Assembly: GCA_964364855.1 (NCBI GenBank)
Contig: CAYINU010000001.1
Location: 23,110 to 75,356, forward strand
Direction: 5' to 3'
Source: an uncultured Candidatus Marinamargulisbacteria bacterium
GTDB lineage: Bacteria > Margulisbacteria > Marinamargulisbacteria > CAYINU01
Length of the DNA stretch: 52,247 bases
Under the pieces are notes generated by a model. The model did no database searches. It was given only the letters and a program-made list of their open reading frames with translations, and was not told where the DNA came from. A program made the translations under genes and the position numbers. Below are positions 40,212 through 48,863 of this stretch, piece after piece (position 1 is the stretch's first letter; each line of letters starts with the position of its first letter).

Positions 40212-41185
40212 CGTGCGCCATCCTGGATTTCACGGCAGATGTTGATGGCAGCAATCATGCCGTCCGAAACGGCGGTGGCGATCTGGCGAATTTGCTTGGA
40301 TCGGATATCTCCGGCAGCGTAAATACCGGCGATGCTGGTGCGCATCAATTCATCCGTGACGATATAGCCTTTTTCGTCCCGCTGCAGCGGCAAGGCAAAC
40401 AGCGCATCGGGCGGGATGCGACCTGCATAAATAAAGATACCTTTGACATCGATCCAGGTATGTTGTCCGGTAATGACGTGGGTGACTTTCATCTTTTCGA
40501 CTTTGTCGATACCGAAGACTTCGGTCAGTTCGGAATTCCACATCAAGGTGACGTGGGGATTGTTGAGAATTTTGTCTTTGAGTTGATCGACGGCTTTGAG
40601 CTGGTCGGAGCGGTGAACCAAGTAAACCGTGTTGGAAAAACGGGACAAATAGTCTGCGGCATAGGACGCACAATTGCCTCCGCCGATGACGGCAATATCG
40701 GTTCCCGAATAACTATCGGCATCGCACTGCGCAAAATACGAGATACCTCGGCCAAAAAAGGTTCGCTCATAGGGCATATTCAGGCGTTTCGGCTCTAGCC
40801 CGACGGCCAGCAAAATGGTTCGGGCTTTGTAGATCTGGCCCAGATCCGTGCGCACCATTTTGACGGGCTGGTTGATCTGGTCGATGGCCTCAACAGTCTC
40901 ACAGGTATAGTCGATGGGGTAGTTATGCATGTGGGCTTCCATGCGGTTGGACAGCTCTTCGCCCAAAATGCCGTTCGGAAACCCGAGGTAATTGTCGATT
41001 TGAAAGGAAATGGATGCCTCTCCGCCGGGAACAGCCTTCTCGATCACCAGGGTTTTGAGGCGAGCGCGTCCTGCGCAAATGGCTGCAGACATGCCTGCAG
41101 GCCCCGAACCAATAATGATCAGATCATAACTATCGCCGGGCTTGGGTTTGGAGACGGTAGGCTGCGTCGAGGTTTGACTGATCAT
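40208..41185 (-). CDS. Thioredoxin-reductase-like flavoprotein lacking the CxxC redox centre
   Basis: FAD motif IIIGSGPAGMSAA, a second dinucleotide motif VIGGGNCASYAADYL and the C-terminal AAGDIRSKQIRQIATAVSDGMIAA. The active-site region reads SYFAQCDADSY where TrxB has SACATCDGFFY. Confidence 0.8.
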   Translation of the reverse strand: MISQTSTQPTVSKPKPGDSYDLIIIGSGPAGMSAAICAGRARLKTLVIEKAVPGGEASISFQIDNYLGFPNGILGEELSNRMEAHMHNYPIDYTCETVEAIDQINQPVKMVRTDLGQIYKARTILLAVGLEPKRLNMPYERTFFGRGISYFAQCDADSYSGTDIAVIGGGNCASYAADYLSRFSNTVYLVHRSDQLKAVDQLKDKILNNPHVTLMWNSELTEVFGIDKVEKMKVTHVITGQHTWIDVKGIFIYAGRIPPDALFALPLQRDEKGYIVTDELMRTSIAGIYAAGDIRSKQIRQIATAVSDGMIAAINICREIQDGAR

Positions 41186-41748
41186 TACATTCCCTTAAAC
41201 CGATCTGCCATGACCCTAATGTGCGTGTCGCCGGATGAGATGATGCGTTTTTGCGCCAAAAAAATGGTAATGGTTTTGGCTGAGATCGTATCCGAATCGC
41301 GGTGGGCCATTGGATCTCCGGATAATACAATCGTTTGTTTGGTCAAGTCAAACGAGGCTGAGCGGGAAGACCCGTACATGGTGTCATATTTAAAACGCAC
41401 ATTTCCGGCCGCATCGATGGTATTGGCGATATCGTTTGCCACCAGCTGGTCTGCGGTTAGCGTATATTCACCATTTGAGGCCTGTACCTGGTCGGTCACC
41501 CATATCATGCCCTTTTGCCTATCGTAGCGTGCATTCTGGCCTTTGATGGTGATGGATCGTTGTTTGATCACTACATTTCCGGATGCGAGGATTTGCTGGT
41601 TCTGGCCGTCTAATTCAAATTGGTCCGCCGACAGAAGGATATTGCCCATCTGGGTGGTCGAAGGGGCCGCATGCAAAATGACGCCGAAACAGGTCATTCC
41701 CACGATAACGGCTACCCATTGCAAGCGGCGTTTTGACATCTGCCCCAT
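41185..41748 (-). CDS. LptA/OstA-N-like periplasmic protein
   Basis: Signal peptide, then repetitive beta-jellyroll-like segments (LSADQFELDGQNQQILASGNVVIKQRSITIKGQNARYDRQKG...) typical of the OstA_N/LptA fold. Confidence 0.6.
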   Translation of the reverse strand: MGQMSKRRLQWVAVIVGMTCFGVILHAAPSTTQMGNILLSADQFELDGQNQQILASGNVVIKQRSITIKGQNARYDRQKGMIWVTDQVQASNGEYTLTADQLVANDIANTIDAAGNVRFKYDTMYGSSRSASFDLTKQTIVLSGDPMAHRDSDTISAKTITIFLAQKRIISSGDTHIRVMADRFKGM

Positions 41749-41760
41749 CTTACCACGCAG

Positions 41761-42387
41761 TCACTGGGTGCCCAATGGTGGCAGAGCACTAACCGCGGCA
41801 ACCATACGACCGGCTTTTTCGGTCTCTTTCCTGTAGGAAAAAAACATGTCCGTCCGACAGTGGGTGCAGCAGTATGTATGGTTGATGAGGCACTTGGATG
41901 GATCCAATACGGCTGCTAGCTGGGCAACGTTTTCAGCCAATAGGTCGACAAACCGATTCTGCTGCCGGTCGACCTGATAACACGGGCCGTGGATACTTGG
42001 CCCAAACCAAATATACATGCCAGAGGAAACACCGAATTCGCTGCAGAAAATGTGCAGGACTTTTTCGAATAGATGCCTTTCTGTGCTGCGGCGGCCGGCA
42101 TGAATGGCGGCGACGGGTCCGGAGGGGTGGAAAAGCAAGATGGGCAGACAGTCGGCTGTTTTGACACCCAAGGCTACGCCAGAATCCGTACTGTAAATGG
42201 CGTCGCAATCCGGGATGAGCGTAGATGAATGGCGGTCAACACGCACGGCGGTGTCGCCATGGACCTGGTTCATCAAGATCAGTTTGCGCCCTTTTGGCAA
42301 TTCAAAATCTGCGGGCAGGCTGTGACGGGTTGTCGTGGCTGTCCAGACGTGTGGGTGAGGGATCAGGCCACTCAGAATGGTGCTCAA
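41761..42387 (-). CDS. pgeF: Peptidoglycan editing factor PgeF / YfiH (DUF152 laccase-domain) family
   Basis: NQVHGDTAV, GVKTADCLPILLF, AAIHAGRR and a C-terminal CTHC motif. Confidence 0.8.
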   Translation of the reverse strand: MSTILSGLIPHPHVWTATTTRHSLPADFELPKGRKLILMNQVHGDTAVRVDRHSSTLIPDCDAIYSTDSGVALGVKTADCLPILLFHPSGPVAAIHAGRRSTERHLFEKVLHIFCSEFGVSSGMYIWFGPSIHGPCYQVDRQQNRFVDLLAENVAQLAAVLDPSKCLINHTYCCTHCRTDMFFSYRKETEKAGRMVAAVSALPPLGTQ

Positions 42388-43502
42388 TGGCCTACCCTCG
42401 CATATCGATTTCCCGGATGCTGGGTGATGAGTTCGCGGGACTCCAACTGGGTTAGGCCGACCATCACTTCGGAGAAACTGCGATGGCTTTTGGTAACGAC
42501 TTCGTCAAAGTCCAGGATCCCACCCTCGAGCACCTCGAAAAGCACCTGTTCGCAGGGGGATAGATCGGCAGCGACGGTCGTTGTGGTGTTCATGAGAGCC
42601 AGCAACGGCTGAGTGACCTGACTCCCCAACAGTTCGCCGGGGTGAACCAAAACCCGGGCTCCGTCGCCGATGAGCTGGTGACTGCCCACAAAATGGGGAG
42701 TCGTGATAGGGCCAGGTACCACCCAGACATCTCGTCCCTGATCGGCGGCGAACTGGGCGGTGATGAGGGCGCCGCTTTTTTCTTTGGCTTCACAAATCAC
42801 CACGTTTTGACTCAGGCCGCTAATAAGCCGGTTGCGTTGCACAAACCGATAACGCTGCACCAGCGTGCCCGGCGGTTGTTCGGAAACGATGAGGCCTTTG
42901 TCGCAGATTTCAGACAATAGCCTTTTGTTTTGTGGCGGGTACAGTGCGTCTAAGCCCGTGGAAAATACGGCAATGGTGGGCCCGCCTTTTTGCAAGGCGG
43001 TTTGATGGGCGCAGGTATCAATGCCGGAGGCAAATCCGGACACAATGAGGTGGGCCGGACTCAAGGTGCCCGCGATCCAGCTACAGGCTTTCTCGCCATA
43101 AGAACTGGGGTGGCGTGTTCCCACGATGGCGGTATAGGGTTGCGTGGACTGCAGCAGAGAAAGTTGACCCTTGGCAAACAGGACCAAAGGCGGGTCAAAG
43201 ATCTGTCGAAGAGCTTCGGGGTAGGTGAGATCTTCTAAGCCAATGGGGTCGATGCCTTTTTTTTGAAGGGATGTCATATAGGCGTCGAGATTCCAGTGGC
43301 CATATCGCTTGCGGTAATAGGCGGCATTGGCCGGAGAAACTTCGGTTAAGACCGTTTCGAAGTGAGCGTTGAAATCGGATTCGCGGGGCAGCTTTTCCAA
43401 CAGCTGGTGCATCCGACGGGGCGAGTCATGAAACAGGTAATTAAGCTTAAGGAGATAGCCGAGGCTATGGGGCATGGCGGACTGCGGTTTTGACTTCCTC
43501 AT
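42384..43502 (-). CDS. dprA: DNA-processing protein DprA (Smf)
   Basis: IVGTRHPSSYG, SGFASGIDTCAHQ, FVQRNRLISGLS and a C-terminal winged-helix region. An alternative start at 43475 (MPHSLGY) exists; either start overlaps the dxr 3' end. Confidence 0.85.
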   Translation of the reverse strand: MRKSKPQSAMPHSLGYLLKLNYLFHDSPRRMHQLLEKLPRESDFNAHFETVLTEVSPANAAYYRKRYGHWNLDAYMTSLQKKGIDPIGLEDLTYPEALRQIFDPPLVLFAKGQLSLLQSTQPYTAIVGTRHPSSYGEKACSWIAGTLSPAHLIVSGFASGIDTCAHQTALQKGGPTIAVFSTGLDALYPPQNKRLLSEICDKGLIVSEQPPGTLVQRYRFVQRNRLISGLSQNVVICEAKEKSGALITAQFAADQGRDVWVVPGPITTPHFVGSHQLIGDGARVLVHPGELLGSQVTQPLLALMNTTTTVAADLSPCEQVLFEVLEGGILDFDEVVTKSHRSFSEVMVGLTQLESRELITQHPGNRYARVGH

Positions 43503-44613
43503 CCAATGCGATTACGGCTTCCACCGTCGGGACGGGGTTTTGTCCGAAACGGTCAACAGCGGCGGTGACGAGTCGTGGAATATCCATAAATCCAATTTCT
43601 CGGTTTAAAAAGCGCTGGACGGCGACCTCGTTGGCGGCATTCATGGCAACCGGGGCAGCACCCCCTTGGTTGCCAGTCTGGTAAGCCAGCTTTAGTAGCG
43701 GGAATTTGACGGTATCCGGTTCAAAAAAGGTAAGGGTTTTCATGTCTTGCAGTCTGGCGCGGGGCCAAGGTGCCTGGACTTTTTCGGGATAGGTCAACGC
43801 ATATTGGATGGGAAAGCGCATGTCCGGCCTCCCCAAATGGGCGATCATATTGCCGTCGATAAATTCGACGGCGGCATGCACCATGCTTTGGGGGTGGATA
43901 ACCACTTGGATGCGCTCAAATGGCAGGCCGAACAAATAATGGGCCTCGATGACCTCCAGACCTTTGTTCATGAGCGTTGCCGAATCAATGGTAATTTTAG
44001 ATCCCATCGTCCAGTTCGGGTGTCGGAGTGCTGCCTCCACTGTGAGTCCTGCAAACTGATCGGTCGGTGTGTCCCAAAACGGACCTCCCGAGGCTGTCAA
44101 AATCACCGTATCGACAGTATCTATGGGTTGATCCCCCAAACATTGTTGAAGGGCGGCATGCTCCGAATCTACCGGCAAAAGGCGTGCCCCATGGGTTTTG
44201 GCTGCAGCGGTTATAAACGGCCCTGCGGAAACCAAGACTTCTTTGCAGGCCAATCCGATATCCACGCCGCGGCAAATGGCGGTATAGGTGGGCAAAATGG
44301 CCGTGGTGCCAAAAATGGCAACGATTATCAATTCCAGTCCGGGCCATTGGGCGACGGCTTGCAACCCCGGCAAACCGACCTCGATGGGCAGCGTGTCGCT
44401 TCCCAGCAACCGACACAATTCGGTGCGGGCTGCTTCATCTCCCACTACGACCAGGAGGGGTTTAAACTGGCGGATTTGCTGGGCAAGCAGCGTCACATTT
44501 TTTCCCGCCGTTAAGGCTACTACCTCAAAACGGTTCGGCTGGCTCGCGACAATTTCAAGTGTCTGGGTGCCGATGGACCCCGTAGATCCCAAAATGGCAA
44601 TCTGCTTGGCCAT
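43465..44613 (-). CDS. dxr: 1-deoxy-D-xylulose 5-phosphate reductoisomerase
   Basis: ILGSTGSIGTQTL NADPH motif, LPVDSEH, and LTASGGPF. Confidence 0.92.
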   Translation of the reverse strand: MAKQIAILGSTGSIGTQTLEIVASQPNRFEVVALTAGKNVTLLAQQIRQFKPLLVVVGDEAARTELCRLLGSDTLPIEVGLPGLQAVAQWPGLELIIVAIFGTTAILPTYTAICRGVDIGLACKEVLVSAGPFITAAAKTHGARLLPVDSEHAALQQCLGDQPIDTVDTVILTASGGPFWDTPTDQFAGLTVEAALRHPNWTMGSKITIDSATLMNKGLEVIEAHYLFGLPFERIQVVIHPQSMVHAAVEFIDGNMIAHLGRPDMRFPIQYALTYPEKVQAPWPRARLQDMKTLTFFEPDTVKFPLLKLAYQTGNQGGAAPVAMNAANEVAVQRFLNREIGFMDIPRLVTAAVDRFGQNPVPTVEAVIALDEEVKTAVRHAP

Positions 44614-45395
44614 TAGTTGAGGAGGTAGTAGCTGACAGGCAAGGTAAACATGGCGCTGTCCCCACGGTCATATATGCCGCCGTGGCCAGGCAGCAAGCTG
44701 GACGAATCTTTGACCTTAAAAGCACGTTTGGTCAGCGACTCATGCAAGTCCCCGATTTGGCCGACAATCGAAATGATCACACCCAAAAACACGTAGTGCC
44801 AGGTCAGGCCCAATAGCCAAATCAGGACAAACGAGAACACGATACAAGTTAAAATACTGGCGGCTGAGCCCTCCACCGTTTTTTTGGGACTAATTTCCGA
44901 GAGCGGATGGTTGCCAAAATAACGGCCACCCACCAAGGCCCCGATGTCGGCAAGCCAAGTCATCAGGGTGCAAAACAACACATTGCGCAGCCCATGGGTA
45001 CCGGACCGCAATACGATATAAAACGAAAACGTTACGCCGACAAAGACGGCCACGCGAAGGGTCGCCAGCCAGCTATTGTGGGAGAACCACACCTTTTTGT
45101 GTACTATTTCGACCACGGCGCCACCCAACACGACCACTACGAGGGCTTTCATCCCTAAGGTATCCCATAGCGGCCGGGTTTCGTGGGCAAAGGCAGAAAA
45201 AATGATGCCGGAGATCAATAGATATCCAACAAAGGTATTGGGCGAATATCCGTTTTGGGCGAGCATGACGTAAATTTCCTGCGCAGTCAAAAAGCTGGTG
45301 AGCAAAATAATCACCAGGAGCGGCACGCCGCCCAGCGCCATCATGACTATCGCGGCGGGGGCAATGACCAAGGCGGTCAGGATGCGTTTGAGCAT
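44613..45395 (-). CDS. cdsA: Phosphatidate cytidylyltransferase
   Basis: Polytopic membrane protein with the C-terminal signature SxxKRxFxVKDSSxLLPGHGGIxDRxDS. Confidence 0.85.
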   Translation of the reverse strand: MLKRILTALVIAPAAIVMMALGGVPLLVIILLTSFLTAQEIYVMLAQNGYSPNTFVGYLLISGIIFSAFAHETRPLWDTLGMKALVVVVLGGAVVEIVHKKVWFSHNSWLATLRVAVFVGVTFSFYIVLRSGTHGLRNVLFCTLMTWLADIGALVGGRYFGNHPLSEISPKKTVEGSAASILTCIVFSFVLIWLLGLTWHYVFLGVIISIVGQIGDLHESLTKRAFKVKDSSSLLPGHGGIYDRGDSAMFTLPVSYYLLN

Positions 45396-45398
45396 GGG

Positions 45399-46166
45399 CT
45401 AAACCTTCACCCCGCCAAAGCGGCGGTCACGGTTTTGAAATTGAGTCAGGACCTGAATTAAGATGTCCTGGTTGAAATCTGGCCAAAGCGTATCGAGGAA
45501 GAAAAATTCGCTGTAGGCCAACTGCCACAGCAAAAAATTACTCAGCCGAAAATCCCCGCCTGTCCGGATCAAGATATCGGGGTTTGGCATTCCAGAAGTA
45601 TATAAAAACCCGCCAAAGATCTCAGGCGTCAGCGCTTCCCACTGCTCGTGTGTGTAGGTCTTGGCCATGGTCTTAACGGCAGAGACGATTTCGTTTTGGG
45701 AGCCGTAGTTAATGAGCAAATTCAAATTGAGCACATCGCAATGGGCCGTTTCGTCTTCAATGAGGCGGATGTTGTCTTTTAAGCCAGCATCCAGTTGCGA
45801 AGTGGCGCCTAAGCACCTCACGCGTACTTGCGCTTTTTTTAATTCAGGCAATTCGCGTTTGATCAGCAATTTGAAAAAATCCATCAAAAAGCTGACCTCT
45901 TGTTCCGGTCTGCGCCAATTTTCGGTGGAAAATACGTACACGGACAAATATGAAATTCCCAACGTCGCACATGCACGAATGGCGCGGTTCAGGGCGTTAG
46001 CTCCTTCTTTGTGTCCCATTGTGCGGGGCAGGCCGCGCTTTTTTGCCCAGCGCCCATTGCCGTCCATAATGACCGCGATGTGGGCTGGGATACGCGTTGA
46101 GTCCAGGCCGTGACGCTGGTGAAGTGCGGTTTTTTCGGCCTGGTGCTCGGCGGATAAAGGGCTCAT
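45399..46166 (-). CDS. uppS: Ditrans,polycis-undecaprenyl-diphosphate synthase (isoprenyl transferase)
   Basis: HIAVIMDGNGRWA, FSTENWRRP and IRTGGDFRLSNFLLWQLAYSE motifs. Confidence 0.92.
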   Translation of the reverse strand: MSPLSAEHQAEKTALHQRHGLDSTRIPAHIAVIMDGNGRWAKKRGLPRTMGHKEGANALNRAIRACATLGISYLSVYVFSTENWRRPEQEVSFLMDFFKLLIKRELPELKKAQVRVRCLGATSQLDAGLKDNIRLIEDETAHCDVLNLNLLINYGSQNEIVSAVKTMAKTYTHEQWEALTPEIFGGFLYTSGMPNPDILIRTGGDFRLSNFLLWQLAYSEFFFLDTLWPDFNQDILIQVLTQFQNRDRRFGGVKV

Positions 46167-46169
46167 AGG

Positions 46170-46703
46170 TTAGATGTGACTGATTTCGGTTTCTTTGTCT
46201 AAAACAAGCTTATCGATTTGAGAAACCGCATCATCCACTGTTTTTTGGACTTGGTCCTGCAGTTTTTTTTGTTGATCTTCGGGTGCGTCTTTGTCTTTTT
46301 TAATGCGCTCCAGCGCGTCACGACGATAGTTTCGCAAGGCAACCTTGCCTTCTTCACCGGTTTTGCGGGCGATTTTGACCAGTTCTTTGCGACGGTCTTC
46401 GGTGAGTTGGGGCAGTTTCAAAATGACGGTTTGTCCTTCGACACGGGGGCTGAGTCCCAGATCGGAGGTATGGATGGCTCTTTCGACGGCCTGAATGGCG
46501 GAACGGTCGAATACATTGAGCATCAGCGTAGTAGATTCGGGAACGGAAATGGCGGCCACCTGCTTGAGAGGAACCATACTGCCGTAATAGTCGACCTGAA
46601 TGCGGGCCAATAGATCCGGGTTGGCGCGACCCGTGCGCAGCGTTGCCAAGTTGCGTTTGGTGTTGGCAATGGCTTTTTCGATTTGCTCTTTCAGCTCTTG
46701 CAT
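46170..46703 (-). CDS. frr: Ribosome recycling factor
   Basis: LATLRTGRANPDLL, LPQLTEDRRKELVK and typical length. Confidence 0.95.
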   Translation of the reverse strand: MQELKEQIEKAIANTKRNLATLRTGRANPDLLARIQVDYYGSMVPLKQVAAISVPESTTLMLNVFDRSAIQAVERAIHTSDLGLSPRVEGQTVILKLPQLTEDRRKELVKIARKTGEEGKVALRNYRRDALERIKKDKDAPEDQQKKLQDQVQKTVDDAVSQIDKLVLDKETEISHI

Positions 46704-46706
46704 GAC

Positions 46707-47420
46707 TTAGCCTCCGATGCGTGTGCCGATGTCTTCACCGGCCAAGATTTTTTCGATGTTTCCTGCCTCGAGAAAGTTAAAGACGATAATGGGGATCTTG
46801 TTGTCCATCGTCAGCGATAGGGCGGTGCTATCCATGACCTGAAGGCGGTTCTTTAAGACATCCATATGGGACAAGGATGTGAATTTTTTGGCATCCGGAA
46901 CCTTCATGGGGTCCGCATCATAGACGCCATCCACACGGGTGGCTTTTAGCAAAGCGTCAGCGCGGATTTCCGCAGCGCGCAACGCAGCGGCTGTATCCGT
47001 GGTAAAGAAGGGATTGCCGGTGCCGCCTGCAAAAATCACCACACGGTTTTTCTGCAAGTGTCTTACGGCGCGCCGCATGATAAACGGCTCCGCGATTTCC
47101 CGCATTTCGATGGCCGTTTGAACCCGGGACTCCACATTGACTTTGGACAGGGCATCTTGCAGGGCTAAGGCATTCATGATGGTGGCCAGCATACCTGAAT
47201 AGTCAGCGGTGACCCGATCCATCCCATTGGCTGCGGCTGCCATGCCCCGGAAAATATTGCCTCCACCGATCACGATGGCGATTTCAACGCCCAGCGCCTG
47301 CCCACGCTTGAGTTCGTTGGCGATATAGACCAAAAACTTGGGGTCGATACCATATTCGCGATCGCCTTTAAAGGCCTCGCCACTCAGTTTCAACAGTACG
47401 CGTTTGTATTGGGTAGGCAC
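46707..47420 (-). CDS. pyrH: UMP kinase
   Basis: [22 protein letters not shown] and [13 protein letters not shown] motifs. GTG start. Confidence 0.95.
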   Translation of the reverse strand: MPTQYKRVLLKLSGEAFKGDREYGIDPKFLVYIANELKRGQALGVEIAIVIGGGNIFRGMAAAANGMDRVTADYSGMLATIMNALALQDALSKVNVESRVQTAIEMREIAEPFIMRRAVRHLQKNRVVIFAGGTGNPFFTTDTAAALRAAEIRADALLKATRVDGVYDADPMKVPDAKKFTSLSHMDVLKNRLQVMDSTALSLTMDNKIPIIVFNFLEAGNIEKILAGEDIGTRIGG

Positions 47421-47512
47421 GGGCGCATTGTATCAACCGATCGTCTGCTTTCGCAATTGGAAAAATCAGCCTCCGGTTAATTTTATAACCTGCGCTATAT
47501 ACGTCCATATCT

Positions 47513-47755
47513 CTGAGCGAAGCGAAGCAAGGCCCAAAGGGCCGGAGAGGGGGAGGCTCAAATCTGGCTTTGCCAGTTTGAGGGGGCGACGCGAGCCCCA
47601 TATAAATAAGAAGCGAAACAAGGCCCAAAAGGCCGGAGAGGTAATTAGATTGTGTGGACTGGAAACAGCCCTGAGCTGAGCGAAGACGAATTTACTTCGG
47701 CTGAGCGGGGCGAGTGCTCGTGAGCTACTGCGAGCATGCCGAGCCAAATATAAAC
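47513..47755. repeat. Modular hairpin-rich repeat block directly 3' of tRNA-Lys (modules Y-hairpin-Y'-Z-X)
   Basis: Module Y is at 47513-47550. A strong hairpin CTCAAA(T)CTGGC-TTT-GCCAGTTTGAG lies at about 47557-47581. The Y variant is at 47610-47641, Z at 47642-47662 and X at 47663-47735. The shared tail ATGCCGAGCCAA follows. The block is nearly identical to 34173-34316. Confidence 0.85.
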
Positions 47756-47828
47756 TGATCCGGGCGGGAGTCGAACCCGCGGCCACTTGATTAAAAGTCA
47801 AGTGCTCTACCAACTGAGCTACCGGATC
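47756..47828 (-). tRNA. tRNA-Lys (anticodon TTT), CCA not encoded
   Basis: Minus strand reads GATCCGGTAGCTCAGTTGGTAGAGCACTTGACTTTTAATCAAGTGGCCGCGGGTTCGACTCCCGCCCGGATCA. It has a 7-bp acceptor, D arm, anticodon stem CTTGA/TCAAG with loop CTTTTAA, and a GGTTCGA T loop. Confidence 0.9.
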
Positions 47829-47960
47829 AAAACAGGTCAAAATTAACCGAATGTCACTAAAAGCGCAAGCGCGCCTCATCCCTCAAGCGCTGGGATCATT
47901 GCTTGCAAAACAGGCATCAAAAAGTCTAATATGAGAAGCAGCGTTTCCATACCACAGTCG

Positions 47961-48851
47961 ATGTTTGCAGAAAGGAGCCTTCCTTTGAGAAGCCCAGTGT
48001 TTCGAGCGGGCACGTTAATTGCCAGCCTTTGCGTTGCCATGACGCTGATGAGTTGCGGATCCAATCTTTTTTCATTTTTAGAAACCTCCGGTGGAGGATC
48101 TTCGGCCGAAGAAGCCCAGTCGCTTCTTGACAACGCCACCACCGTGGCGCAGTTCCAGCAGGCTGCCAATCTGGCCCAAGGCATCGTGAGCAGCAATGCC
48201 ACTGCCGAACAAAAGCAAGAGGCCTACGTGGTACTGGGGGAGGCATTGCTGGGTAGTGCCAACGTTCAAATGACCACGGTACTCGGCGACATCGCCGATG
48301 TGGCGTCTTCGAATAACGCGACGGTGCAAGATTTTATTTCCGCACTACCTTCGGCGGATACCAATACTCTGGCGGCAGCAGCCAATGCGATAAACGCGGC
48401 CAACAATCTGTCCACCAGCACCAATGAGCAGATTTCTGCCGACGCGCAGTTGTTTCGAGGTGTGACCAATGCCCTGGTGGCCGTTAACCTGGTCCAAGAA
48501 GTAGCGACATTTAACAACGGTCAGGTTGACCTCCAAGACACGGCAAATATCAAAGCAGATATCAACCAACTGGTGGTCGGAACCGGTACTATCCAAGGTG
48601 TTTCCACCTATGTAAATGCAGCCGATCAAGGACTGAGTTCTGCCGATGCGCTTAGTTCGGATCAAGGCAAGCAGGTCGATAATCTTGTCTCGGCATCTGC
48701 GGAGTTGACCGTTTTAAACAACACGATGCAAAGTACGACCAATAACGTATACACCCTCTCCTCCGGAGCCACGTTGAACCTGACGGAGTCCAATCCGTCC
48801 TTTTCGGATAACGTCAGTACCGCGCTCGAAGATATCTTTAGAAGTCGGTAA
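47961..48851 (+). CDS. Ala/Asn/Ser/Thr-rich putative lipoprotein
   Basis: MFAERSLPLRSPVFRAGTLIASLCVAMTLMSCGSN is a signal peptide with a lipobox-like LMSC. The rest is low-complexity and predicted helical. The track ORF starts at 47931, but that ATG overlaps a TTGCAA-18-TAATAT promoter-like element. Confidence 0.55.
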   Translation: MFAERSLPLRSPVFRAGTLIASLCVAMTLMSCGSNLFSFLETSGGGSSAEEAQSLLDNATTVAQFQQAANLAQGIVSSNATAEQKQEAYVVLGEALLGSANVQMTTVLGDIADVASSNNATVQDFISALPSADTNTLAAAANAINAANNLSTSTNEQISADAQLFRGVTNALVAVNLVQEVATFNNGQVDLQDTANIKADINQLVVGTGTIQGVSTYVNAADQGLSSADALSSDQGKQVDNLVSASAELTVLNNTMQSTTNNVYTLSSGATLNLTESNPSFSDNVSTALEDIFRSR

Positions 48852-48863
48852 GGGGGGATAGCC

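Noticed and set aside
43747-44514. 255-aa ORF antisense to dxr, and a 225-aa ORF (24065-24742) antisense to the UPF0182 gene
   Set aside because: Both are shadow ORFs opposite strongly supported genes and carry no recognisable motifs.
47427-47456. pyrH promoter TTGCGA-18-TACAAT implying a leaderless GTG-start mRNA
   Set aside because: The 18-nt spacer and the GTG start make a leaderless mechanism doubtful, and transcription may come from upstream. It is mentioned only as context in the tRNA-Lys repeat finding.
47466-47879. 137-aa minus-strand ORF, and the similar 34158-34358 ORF
   Set aside because: They run through tRNA-Lys or the tRNA-linked repeat block. Their similarity to each other comes from the DNA repeat, and there is no RBS or coding-like composition.
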